This document shows positions 8,844 to 16,019 of a stretch of 18,969 bases of DNA, in pieces. The stretch is from Bdellovibrionia bacterium (GTDB lineage Bacteria; Bdellovibrionota; UBA1018), in assembly GCA_045805065.1 (NCBI GenBank), contig JBJMMA010000003.1, positions 1 through 18,969 of the forward strand. The letters are read 5' to 3'. Below the pieces are notes generated by a model that saw nothing but the letters and a program-made list of their open reading frames with translations, did no database searches and was not told the origin of the DNA. Every line of letters starts with the position of its first letter. Position 1 is the first letter of the stretch. A program made the position numbers and the translations under genes.

Positions 8844-9437
8844 ATGCGAAAACTCAAGATCATCGAACATATCTCGCTGGACGGCGTGATCCAGATCTCC
8901 AACTGTCTAAACAACGACGGCGACTTCCCATACGGCGACTGGACCGCGCCCTATCGAACTCCTGCTGGATTAGAGACAGTGCTTTCGATTTATGGCGCGA
9001 AGTTCGATCTGCTCCTTGGCCGCCGAACCTACGATCAATGGTCAAGCTTCTGGCCCAAGGCACCCAAAAGTCCGATGGCGGATCGCCTGAATGCGGCGAC
9101 AAAGTACGTCGCAACCCACAGACCAGAGAGTCTGGCGTGGGGCCCGTACGAGGGCGTTGGACCGAACCTTGTGGATGGCGTTCGCAGCATCAAGGAGAAG
9201 GAAGGACCGGACCTGATCCTCTCAGGCAGCTCGACACTGACTTCGGCGCTGCTGGAGCATGGGCTTGCCGATGAGTTGGTTCTGCTGGTCAATCCTGTCC
9301 TGCTGGGCAAAGGGAAACGCCTTTTTGCGGACGGAACTCCTCCCCTCGCATTTACACTCGAGGGCACGAAGGTGATGCCATCAGGCATCATCATCAATAC
9401 CTACAAGGCCGCTGGCCCTTTGCAAAACCTGAAATAG
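8844..9437 (+). CDS. Dihydrofolate reductase family / RibD C-terminal domain protein
   Basis: HISLDGVIQ, LLLGRRTY, KYVAT, GSSTL and DELVLLVNPVLLGKGKRLF. Confidence 0.92.
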   Translation: MRKLKIIEHISLDGVIQISNCLNNDGDFPYGDWTAPYRTPAGLETVLSIYGAKFDLLLGRRTYDQWSSFWPKAPKSPMADRLNAATKYVATHRPESLAWGPYEGVGPNLVDGVRSIKEKEGPDLILSGSSTLTSALLEHGLADELVLLVNPVLLGKGKRLFADGTPPLAFTLEGTKVMPSGIIINTYKAAGPLQNLK

Positions 9438-9452
9438 GGCGATGAAGCTCAG

Positions 9453-9785
9453 TTATTGGCCTTGTCCGCTCAACGCAACCTGTTCAAGCACTTCCCCGTT
9501 TGAGCGGATTTGCATGGAGCCTGTGCGACTTCCCACAGCACTTGGGGTGAATTGAACGCTTAAGGTGCAACTTTCACCGGGAGCTAAACTGCCTCCACAT
9601 GGCTTCAACGAGTCTTCTGGCGGCTGAGAAGAGCCGGAATGAAGAGGGTTGGAATTTAAGGAGGAAAAACTGAGTTTTGTTTGAGTGCCCGGACTCAAAA
9701 GAGCGCTGGACAGGTCACAGCTCTGAATACTGAGCGCAACGATCAGAAACACCGGGGTTAAAAATAGCACTCGTTTTGAGTTCAT
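9453..9785 (-). CDS. Small putative lipoprotein carrying the C-terminal half of an ASH/choice-of-anchor-D Ig-like domain
   Basis: Signal MNSKR-VLFLTPVFLIVAL-SIQS-C, a Ser/Pro linker, then CGGSLAPGESCTLSVQFTPSAVGSRTGSMQI...QVALSGQG. ATGA overlap with the upstream stop. Confidence 0.75.
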   Translation of the reverse strand: MNSKRVLFLTPVFLIVALSIQSCDLSSALLSPGTQTKLSFSSLNSNPLHSGSSQPPEDSLKPCGGSLAPGESCTLSVQFTPSAVGSRTGSMQIRSNGEVLEQVALSGQGQ

Positions 9786-11038
9786 AAAGAAACCTCGAAG
9801 TCTCCAGAAATGCCGTAATCTGAATCAAGATTCAACGGCTCTGTTCCGGTATTCGTCACGGTAATGACTTGAGCGGCACTTTGGGTTCCCACGGCCTGGT
9901 TTCCGAAATTCAGAGTTTTCGTAGAAAGGGTCACAACCGGAGCACTTCTGTACTGATAGGCGCCGAGGTCGATACTCGAACCGCGACCATTCCCGTCGAA
10001 ATCAGTAGACGGTGCAGAAGTGAGAGTGCCTTTCCCAATCGCTGGAGATGAAGATCGAAGGTGATAATCGCCACTCCCATCGGCCCGGTACTGAACGAAT
10101 AGCGGATCTCGGGAGATTGTGCCACTGACTGATCCGCTGATCATTTTCACATTGGTTCCACTTGAATAGACCAGGTTGTTGACGTATCGATTGTTCGCGC
10201 CAACCGAGCCGTACTCAACAATTCCGTAGGTACTGTTGTCATAAACGACATTGTTAGCGACGTAGTTGTCCTCAGAGCCTCCTGGCAATGCGCCACCGTC
10301 GCCATCACCGATCAGAATCCCCTCTTTGTTATGAAAGACGGTATTATTGACGATCGTCGAGGAAGTGGCTCCATGCCACTGATGAATACCGACGGCCCCG
10401 ACGCCCGAGACAATATTATTGATCACCACGTTATCTGGGCTTGCGATGTAAATTCCCTGTACCGTATTGCAGGTGCCCATCAGGGCATAGCCGATATTTG
10501 ACACAATATTACCCGAGATGAGAACGTCACCGATGGTGCCAGGAGTATCAATGGCTCCGCCACCGCTTCCATTACACCCACCGGTCACGGTGAGGTCATG
10601 GACATAATTGTTTGTAATAGTGAGATGGGCGCCTTCAGCTAAAATACCGAGGCGTCCGCTGCCGGTAATCTCAAAACCGTCAATATCGACGTAGCTTCCT
10701 TTGGAATCCCAGGCAATTCCAGTTCCGCTCATCACGATTTTTGCGCGATTTTTTGGATCAGAAACATAGCGAATATGGGCCGAGGCTGTTCCACTGGTTG
10801 ACGATACAATTCCGTAATTGCTCAGGCTCGGAGCGGATACATTGTAAGCTCCACCAGCGACGTGAATTGTCGTACCTGGCGAGGCTGCTTGAGAGGCTTT
10901 TGAAATCGTTAAAAACGGAGATGACTGAGTACCTGAGTTGGAGTCGCTTCCACCCGGTGATACGTAAAGATCTGCAGCAAGCGCGCTGAGCGAGAACAAT
11001 ACGGACATCGACGATAGTAAACTTTTAGAAAAAGTCAT
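9782..11038 (-). CDS. Secreted right-handed beta-helix (pectin-lyase-like, DUF1565-type N-terminus) protein with choice-of-anchor-Q motif and a C-terminal half ASH domain
   Basis: GAAGGGG RBS before ATG 11038 and signal peptide ending SALA. DLYVSPGGSDSNSGT..SPFLTISKA, repeated I.NN.V strands, DPLFV..DYHL..SSPAI..G..D.DG..R..IDLGAY, then TLS..TLNFGNQAVGT.S.AQ.ITVTNTG..PL. Confidence 0.9.
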   Translation of the reverse strand: MTFSKSLLSSMSVLFSLSALAADLYVSPGGSDSNSGTQSSPFLTISKASQAASPGTTIHVAGGAYNVSAPSLSNYGIVSSTSGTASAHIRYVSDPKNRAKIVMSGTGIAWDSKGSYVDIDGFEITGSGRLGILAEGAHLTITNNYVHDLTVTGGCNGSGGGAIDTPGTIGDVLISGNIVSNIGYALMGTCNTVQGIYIASPDNVVINNIVSGVGAVGIHQWHGATSSTIVNNTVFHNKEGILIGDGDGGALPGGSEDNYVANNVVYDNSTYGIVEYGSVGANNRYVNNLVYSSGTNVKMISGSVSGTISRDPLFVQYRADGSGDYHLRSSSPAIGKGTLTSAPSTDFDGNGRGSSIDLGAYQYRSAPVVTLSTKTLNFGNQAVGTQSAAQVITVTNTGTEPLNLDSDYGISGDFEVSL

Positions 11039-11138
11039 CTGTCCCCTTCTCTTCAGTCTACCCGTATAGAATAATTTAAAAATGTGTCGTGCCTGGCCCT
11101 CTGTATGAACGCTGACACACGTCCTCTTGGACATCATT

Positions 11139-11186
11139 GTCAACGTCTACAAGGGTCAACATCTACAAGAGTCAAAATCTACAAGG
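11139..11186. repeat. Three tandem 16-bp direct repeats (GTCAAMRTCTACAAGR)
   Basis: gtcaacgtctacaagg (11139-11154), gtcaacatctacaaga (11155-11170) and gtcaaaatctacaagg (11171-11186). Confidence 0.9.
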
Positions 11187-11198
11187 CCGCTGAACAGT

Positions 11199-11222
11199 CT
11201 CAGCAACTGGCTCAGCAACTGG
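11199..11222. repeat. Perfect 12-bp tandem duplication CTCAGCAACTGG x2
   Basis: Copies at 11199-11210 and 11211-11222, spanning the stop codon of the upstream minus-strand gene. Confidence 0.85.
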
Positions 11223-11565
11223 ATTTGGCTCCATGAACCTGCTTGGACTCGCTTCCAAGAACGGCCTGCCTTTGAGCTCGCCCTGTACTGGTAAATGCAC
11301 CATTGATGTCTTTTTGCTGTGGCTGCCATGCGGTGAAGTCATTGCTCAGGATGTCGTTGAGAGGATCCCCCACAGTCATAAAGTCGCGTGTTACATCATT
11401 CGGGCCGTTATTTTTTGGGCCCGGGACCTTCGACCAGTCTATCTGCCCCGACTCAGGACAGACATCACTCTGATTGCTGTTTGCTGCCGCTGAAGCTGAC
11501 TGACCGCTCATCGCGGCTACAAATAACAAAACCAGCGCCTCAATCATTCGTTTAAACCTAAGCAC
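11212..11565 (-). CDS. Hypothetical secreted protein (~117 aa)
   Basis: GTG 11565 with AAGGAG RBS 6 nt upstream gives MLRFKRMIEALVLLFVAAMSGQSASA|A, a classic signal peptide. No family recognised. Confidence 0.6.
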   Translation of the reverse strand: MLRFKRMIEALVLLFVAAMSGQSASAAANSNQSDVCPESGQIDWSKVPGPKNNGPNDVTRDFMTVGDPLNDILSNDFTAWQPQQKDINGAFTSTGRAQRQAVLGSESKQVHGAKSSC

Positions 11566-11630
11566 GTCTCTCTCCTTGCTACTCTCCTTAGGACCATCCA
11601 CTGGGATCGCTCCTTGGGACCTTATTTTGC

Positions 11631-11646
11631 TGCAATGCCTTAGCCA
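11631..11646 (-). promoter_or_regulatory. Sigma54-type -24/-12 promoter for the secreted hypothetical (possibly the beta-helix unit)
   Basis: Minus strand reads TGGCTAAGGCATTGCA. Confidence 0.6.
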
Positions 11647-11671
11647 TATTTTATAAGCCCCTCGCACCCAG

Positions 11672-11687
11672 CGGAATGAGGCATGCA
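11672..11687 (+). promoter_or_regulatory. Possible sigma54-type promoter for the cupredoxin lipoprotein
   Basis: CGGAATGAGGCATGCA has GG-N10-GC spacing and lies back-to-back with the 11631-11646 motif. Confidence 0.3.
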
Positions 11688-11748
11688 CAAGTTGAGCGTA
11701 AAGAAAAAGCGAGCATGCCATGGGAGCAAATCCCGACGGGAGCTGTTT

Positions 11749-12693
11749 ATGATCCGCTACACCCAAACATCGGCAGTTATCGGACTCTTACTGGTTTGGA
11801 CTTCCTTCGCCGTTATCGGGTGCGGTGGAGATAATAATGAACAAGCCGCGCCACCTCCTCCAGCTCCAGGTGTGGTTTCACCCACGCCAAGTCCTAGTGC
11901 TAGTCCAAGCCCAAGCGTTACTCCCGTTATCATCAATATTAATATCACTCAAATCTTCGTCTCGCAGACGATCATCGTGCAACAAAACATCGTGAATAAC
12001 ATCGTCACGGTGAACTTCTTCAACAATGACTCGATCAACCACTCAATTGTCGCTGATGACGGAAGCTTTGATTCAGGTGTGATTGCTCCAGGACAAAGCG
12101 GATCGATTAACATCAGCCAGCCAGGCGATTTTGCGATTCATTGTGATGTGCATCCCAATGATCCAAATGAACGAGGTACCGTTCGTGTCCTTTCGCCTAC
12201 TGCGCCTTCTCCTAGCCCGAGCGTATCCCCATCTCCAAGTCCAAGCACTTCGCCTTCCCCAAGTCCAAGCCCGTCCCCTTCGGCTAGTCCAAGTGTATCT
12301 CCATCACCTAGCCCAAGCATTTCTCCATCGCCAACAGCTACCTCCTCCCCGGGAGCAGGAACACCCGCACCGGTTGTTTCACCTCCAGGAACCATTCTCA
12401 TCGCAACAGGTGCCGCAACTCGAACCAGCGATGCTTTTGCGCCAGGCCCCGTAAACGTTCCTCAGAACTCGACTGTGACGATTACGAACAACGATACCGT
12501 TGCCCACACGGCAACGGCTGATGATGGAAGCTTTGATACCGGCGTGATTCAACCAGGACAAAGCGCCACAATCACGGTGTCACAGTCAGGAGACATCCCG
12601 TTCCATTGCAGTATTCATCCGAACATGACGGGGGTCGTTCATGTGGAAGGTACCGCGCAGGCTTCGCCAACGCCAAGCGCGACCTCTTCATAG
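11749..12693 (+). CDS. Lipoprotein with two cupredoxin (plastocyanin/amicyanin-like) domains joined by Pro/Ser linkers
   Basis: GGGAG RBS and lipobox VIGC. Domain 1 is NND..NHSI.ADDGSFDSG...HCDVHP; domain 2 is NND..AHTATADDGSFDTG...HCSIHPNMTG. Confidence 0.88.
   Translation: MIRYTQTSAVIGLLLVWTSFAVIGCGGDNNEQAAPPPPAPGVVSPTPSPSASPSPSVTPVIININITQIFVSQTIIVQQNIVNNIVTVNFFNNDSINHSIVADDGSFDSGVIAPGQSGSINISQPGDFAIHCDVHPNDPNERGTVRVLSPTAPSPSPSVSPSPSPSTSPSPSPSPSPSASPSVSPSPSPSISPSPTATSSPGAGTPAPVVSPPGTILIATGAATRTSDAFAPGPVNVPQNSTVTITNNDTVAHTATADDGSFDTGVIQPGQSATITVSQSGDIPFHCSIHPNMTGVVHVEGTAQASPTPSATSS
12196..12350 (+). repeat. (Ser-Pro)n low-complexity linker in the cupredoxin gene
   Basis: SPSPSVSPSPSPSTSPSPSPSPSPSASPSVSPSPSPSISPSP, written with varied codons. 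Confidence 0.85.
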
Positions 12694-12702
12694 CGTATTC
12701 CA

Positions 12703-13551
12703 CTATTTATCAGCGGTAGTACCGGCGGCACTGTCAGATCGTGACTCGGCTTCCTTTCCCTGGCTGTCTTGAATCGATTTACGAATCAGATTCCGGACGA
12801 TTCGATTGTGATTTACTTCGCCGACCAGCGCTTTGGCGTTGTCATAAAGTGCAGGATCATTAATAAGCCCGCTGACTGTTCCCGCTCCATGATCCGCTTT
12901 TGCAAGAATGCTATTCAGATTATTGACCGCTTCTTTCAGCTTGATCCCTCTGAGCTGGTCATTCAAGAGCTCGGCTGACGTCGAGGCGTTTTGGGAAGTC
13001 AATAGCAACGCATCCATCAGCTTATCCATCTTTCCGTTCTTGGTAGTGCTCGCTAACAATTGATCCAGATGTCTGATGACTTGTTCGAACGACTCCAAGA
13101 CACGATCACCTCGCCTTCCAAATAGATTGCTAAATGTCGTCGTCGTCTCAGCACGAATCTCACTTCCAGGACTGAGTTTCGGCAGTGACGGGTCGCCAGC
13201 GGAAATGGTGATCACCTTATCGCCTAAAACGCCATGAGTAGTCATTTGCGCCAGAGAGTCCTGACGGAGGGATTCGGCGTCGTGAGCCGAGATGCTCAAT
13301 ACCACCCTCACCCTCCGCTGGCCTGGTTCCAATGCGAGATCTTCAACGGATCCGGATCGCACGCCGGCAATCATCACCAAAGCTCCAGGAGCAATTCCCT
13401 CCGCGTTCGGCAACGACAGATAATAAGTCAGTTTACTCGAAAACAGCTGATGCGTACTGCCTAGCATCCAGACAGCAACAAGGATAAGTCCAAGCGCCAT
13501 GGATGCGAAAAGGCCAATCTTGAATTCCAGTGATTTTATATTCTTTTTCAT
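12703..13551 (-). CDS. mlaD: MCE/MlaD-family lipid-binding subunit
   Basis: N-terminal TM helix, MCE domain (AEGI.PGA.V..AGV..GSV, T.GVLGDK.I.I..G) and helical tail GTV.GLINDP.LY. Confidence 0.9.
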   Translation of the reverse strand: MKKNIKSLEFKIGLFASMALGLILVAVWMLGSTHQLFSSKLTYYLSLPNAEGIAPGALVMIAGVRSGSVEDLALEPGQRRVRVVLSISAHDAESLRQDSLAQMTTHGVLGDKVITISAGDPSLPKLSPGSEIRAETTTTFSNLFGRRGDRVLESFEQVIRHLDQLLASTTKNGKMDKLMDALLLTSQNASTSAELLNDQLRGIKLKEAVNNLNSILAKADHGAGTVSGLINDPALYDNAKALVGEVNHNRIVRNLIRKSIQDSQGKEAESRSDSAAGTTADK

Positions 13552-14327
13552 GAGGACCTCCTGCGTCTTCCTCCAAAATCGGGATGAAGAATTCCTCGGA
13601 CAATGGGGTCCTGGCTTCGATCCAACTCTTCCACGGTTCCGATCGCGTGAATGACGCCATCGGCGAGAATCGCAATTCGATCACAGATGGCAAACACCGC
13701 ATCGACATCATGAGTGACAACGATCACGGAGGTACCCAGCGTGATCTTGACGCGATTGGCGTTTTCAAGAAATTGCTTGATGTGAGGTGGATCAAGGCCA
13801 GCGGTCGGCTCATCGACCAGGGCCACTCGCGGATGCAGCATGGTCGCACGTATGAGACCGACCCTTTTTTGCATCCCGCCAGATAGCTCACTTGGGTAAA
13901 GGTCATTGATTCCTTTGAGATCAGCCTCGTCCAGGCGACGATCTACCTCTTCACGAATCTTCTCTTCGGTTAATTGCGTATGCAGCTCCATTGGGTATCT
14001 CAGATTCTCCTCGACCGTAAGAGAATCGAAGAGAGCCCCATCCTGGAAAACGAAGCCGATTTTACAGCGAATGGAATAAAGCTCTCTCTCTGAAAGTTCC
14101 GCCAAGTTCCGCCCTTCAAACCAGATCTGCCCGGAGTCGGATCTTTCGAGCCCAACAATCGCTCTCAGAATCAAGCTTTTCCCACCGCCTGAGGTTCCCA
14201 TCAAAGCGAGAAACTCGTTCCGGTATAAATCAAAGCTCACGCCTTTATGAACTGCCTTTTCTCCGAAGCTCTTCTTGAGATCGCGGATTTGAAGTACGCA
14301 TCTCGATTCATATTCCGTTTCACTCAT
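13548..14327 (-). CDS. mlaF: MlaF-type ABC ATPase
   Basis: Walker A GTSGGGKS, FQDGALFDSL, LSGGMQKR, Walker B ALVDEPTAGLDP and VTHD. Start at ATG 14327 makes an ATGA overlap with mlaE. Confidence 0.92.
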   Translation of the reverse strand: MSETEYESRCVLQIRDLKKSFGEKAVHKGVSFDLYRNEFLALMGTSGGGKSLILRAIVGLERSDSGQIWFEGRNLAELSERELYSIRCKIGFVFQDGALFDSLTVEENLRYPMELHTQLTEEKIREEVDRRLDEADLKGINDLYPSELSGGMQKRVGLIRATMLHPRVALVDEPTAGLDPPHIKQFLENANRVKITLGTSVIVVTHDVDAVFAICDRIAILADGVIHAIGTVEELDRSQDPIVRGILHPDFGGRRRRSS

Positions 14328-15115
14328 GTTCGTACCATGAAGAAATTCAGGGAGAGGAACAGCTTGCTCATGAATACATCCGATACGAAGATAAAGATGC
14401 ACGACGCCACAACCACTTGCGTGGTCGATACGCCAACTTCTCGCGTTCCTCCCTGGGTCTGCATCCCTTTCCAGCAACCCAGCATTCCAATTCCCAACCC
14501 AAAGACGACTGATTTGATGAGACCTGCCGTCAAATCAGACAAGTCAGTCGATTGAAGGAGCCTTGCAACGGAATAGCTCGGCTCAAGTCCGAATTGACCT
14601 CGAGAGACAGCGATAGCACTCAGAATGGCGACATAGTCAGAAAGTAAGGTGAGCACAGGAAACACAATGATGCATCCGATTGCTCGCGGCAAAACCAGAG
14701 TTGCAATGGGGCTTGTCCCGAGCGCTCGAACCGCCTCGATCTGCCGGGTCACGGCCATGGAAGAAAGTTCTGCCGTGATCCCCGAACCTACTCTTCCGGC
14801 AAGCAGCAGACCTGTCAGGACAGGTCCAAGCTCACGCAAAATCGCAAGCCCCACGATGGTAGGGATGTAGGGTTTTCCGCCAAATCTCTCCAATCCGTAT
14901 CCAAGCTGGAGAGCAAAAACGGTTCCTGTCGCTATTCCTGTCACCAACACGAGCGACATGGATCGGACTCCGAGGACGAGAACTTGTTGCAGTAAAAGCC
15001 GGAAGACATACGAATAGGAGACGGTGAGATGCCGCAACTCATCGAACATGTTTTTCGCTAATAGAAGAATCTGACCGAAACTTTCGAAAAAGCTTTCTAT
15101 CTTCGGCAGCAACAT
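14324..15115 (-). CDS. mlaE: MlaE-family ABC permease
   Basis: LRELGPVLTGLLLAGRVGSGITAEL.SM..T.QIEA.RALG..P, LVLPR and GG...VG.STT..VV. Confidence 0.93.
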   Translation of the reverse strand: MLLPKIESFFESFGQILLLAKNMFDELRHLTVSYSYVFRLLLQQVLVLGVRSMSLVLVTGIATGTVFALQLGYGLERFGGKPYIPTIVGLAILRELGPVLTGLLLAGRVGSGITAELSSMAVTRQIEAVRALGTSPIATLVLPRAIGCIIVFPVLTLLSDYVAILSAIAVSRGQFGLEPSYSVARLLQSTDLSDLTAGLIKSVVFGLGIGMLGCWKGMQTQGGTREVGVSTTQVVVASCIFIFVSDVFMSKLFLSLNFFMVRT

Positions 15116-15222
15116 CGAGTATCCGCCTTCTCTATCCGGGTTAGAAAAGATGACGTCGACGGCACATCGAGGGTTACTTATCTAAGATGCAAGGCCGCAT
15201 CCGACAACGGTCGCTGCATCTA

Positions 15223-15238
15223 AGCAAGCATTGCGCCA
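15223..15238 (-). promoter_or_regulatory. Sigma54-type -24/-12 promoter upstream of mlaE
   Basis: Minus strand reads TGGCGCAATGCTTGCT, close to consensus TGGCAC-N5-TTGCW. Confidence 0.65.
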
Positions 15239-15264
15239 CTGCGCGAAGCAACGATCCCTTTTAA

Positions 15265-15867
15265 TTAGTATCCACTACGCTCACGGATCACCTGCACAAA
15301 CGTCTCCCCATATGGGTAGAACGCCCTGCGGTCTCCTCGCCGCCATGCCTCTCTCATTTCGGGCCGAGTAATATCCCAGTCTGGCCGGCACTTGCGAGTC
15401 ACTTCACGCAGATCGTTGCGAAGCTCATCAACCGTGGGTCGCCCAAAGTACCAATAACCCGAATAGATCTTAAAGATGACCAGATTCGGCTCTAGAACGA
15501 TCGTGTGCGGAATCATCGGATTGTGAGTGGGGTCAGTGTACTCCTTGATGTCGAGATCCTTCTGAATGATCCGGCCAGGATCCGAAAGAAACGTCCAGTG
15601 GGCACCTATCCCACTCCGGTACTCTTCGGTTTGGAACAGATTATCGGTACTGATTGTAACGAGCTGGCAGTATCCGACTTCCATCTCCCGATGCAGCTGC
15701 AGCAAACCTTCCGCCTGCCGGCGATCTTTTGGGCAATAGCCCCCGCGACTCAAGACGAGAATCATCGGATCCCTGCCTTGGAGCTCCGAAAGTTTTCGCC
15801 GCCTTGCCGCATGATCGGTCAGTTCATAATCCGGAAACTTTGATCCGGGCACGACATCCACTCTCAT
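15265..15867 (-). CDS. Redoxin / AhpC-TSA-like thioredoxin-fold protein
   Basis: PG..FPDYELTDH, LSRGGYCPKD, VTISTD, FLSDP and P.TIVLEP. GGAGG RBS. Confidence 0.85.
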   Translation of the reverse strand: MRVDVVPGSKFPDYELTDHAARRRKLSELQGRDPMILVLSRGGYCPKDRRQAEGLLQLHREMEVGYCQLVTISTDNLFQTEEYRSGIGAHWTFLSDPGRIIQKDLDIKEYTDPTHNPMIPHTIVLEPNLVIFKIYSGYWYFGRPTVDELRNDLREVTRKCRPDWDITRPEMREAWRRGDRRAFYPYGETFVQVIRERSGY

Positions 15868-15991
15868 AACGCCTCCGTTTTCTTTGATCGCCTCGCCTAT
15901 TTTGAAAGTGCAAAAACCGTTTCACTGCTCCTCTTGCACAGGCACTCCACGTAGAAGTGCCAACCGAGTTTTTTTAACCCAATAAGTCGCT

Positions 15992-16007
15992 CGGCACGAT
16001 CCCTGCT
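15992..16007 (+). promoter_or_regulatory. Sigma54-type promoter for the alpha/beta hydrolase
   Basis: CGGCACGATCCCTGCT has a strong GGCACG -24 box and CTGC at -12. Confidence 0.5.
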
Positions 16008-16019
16008 TGGGCGACTGAT

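Noticed and set aside
8675..9274. 199-aa alternate-frame ORF bridging the VOC and DHFR-like genes
   Set aside because: Arg-rich off-frame product; both real genes are intact.
9782..9795. Programmed -1 frameshift fusing the beta-helix gene and the lipoprotein
   Set aside because: GTT TCT TTA is not a canonical X XXY YYZ site, and a fusion would bury a signal peptide in the middle of the domain.
11161..11179. ATCTACAAGAGTCAAAATC matches the reverse complement of a Cas12a repeat handle (ATCTACAAGAGTAGAAATT, recalled from memory) at 16 of 19 positions
   Set aside because: The units are directly adjacent with no spacers, the mismatches break the TCTAC/GTAGA stem, and there are no cas genes. Not a CRISPR array.
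14328..14477. Extended mlaF start
   Set aside because: It lies inside mlaE; the ATGA-coupled start at 14327 fits better.
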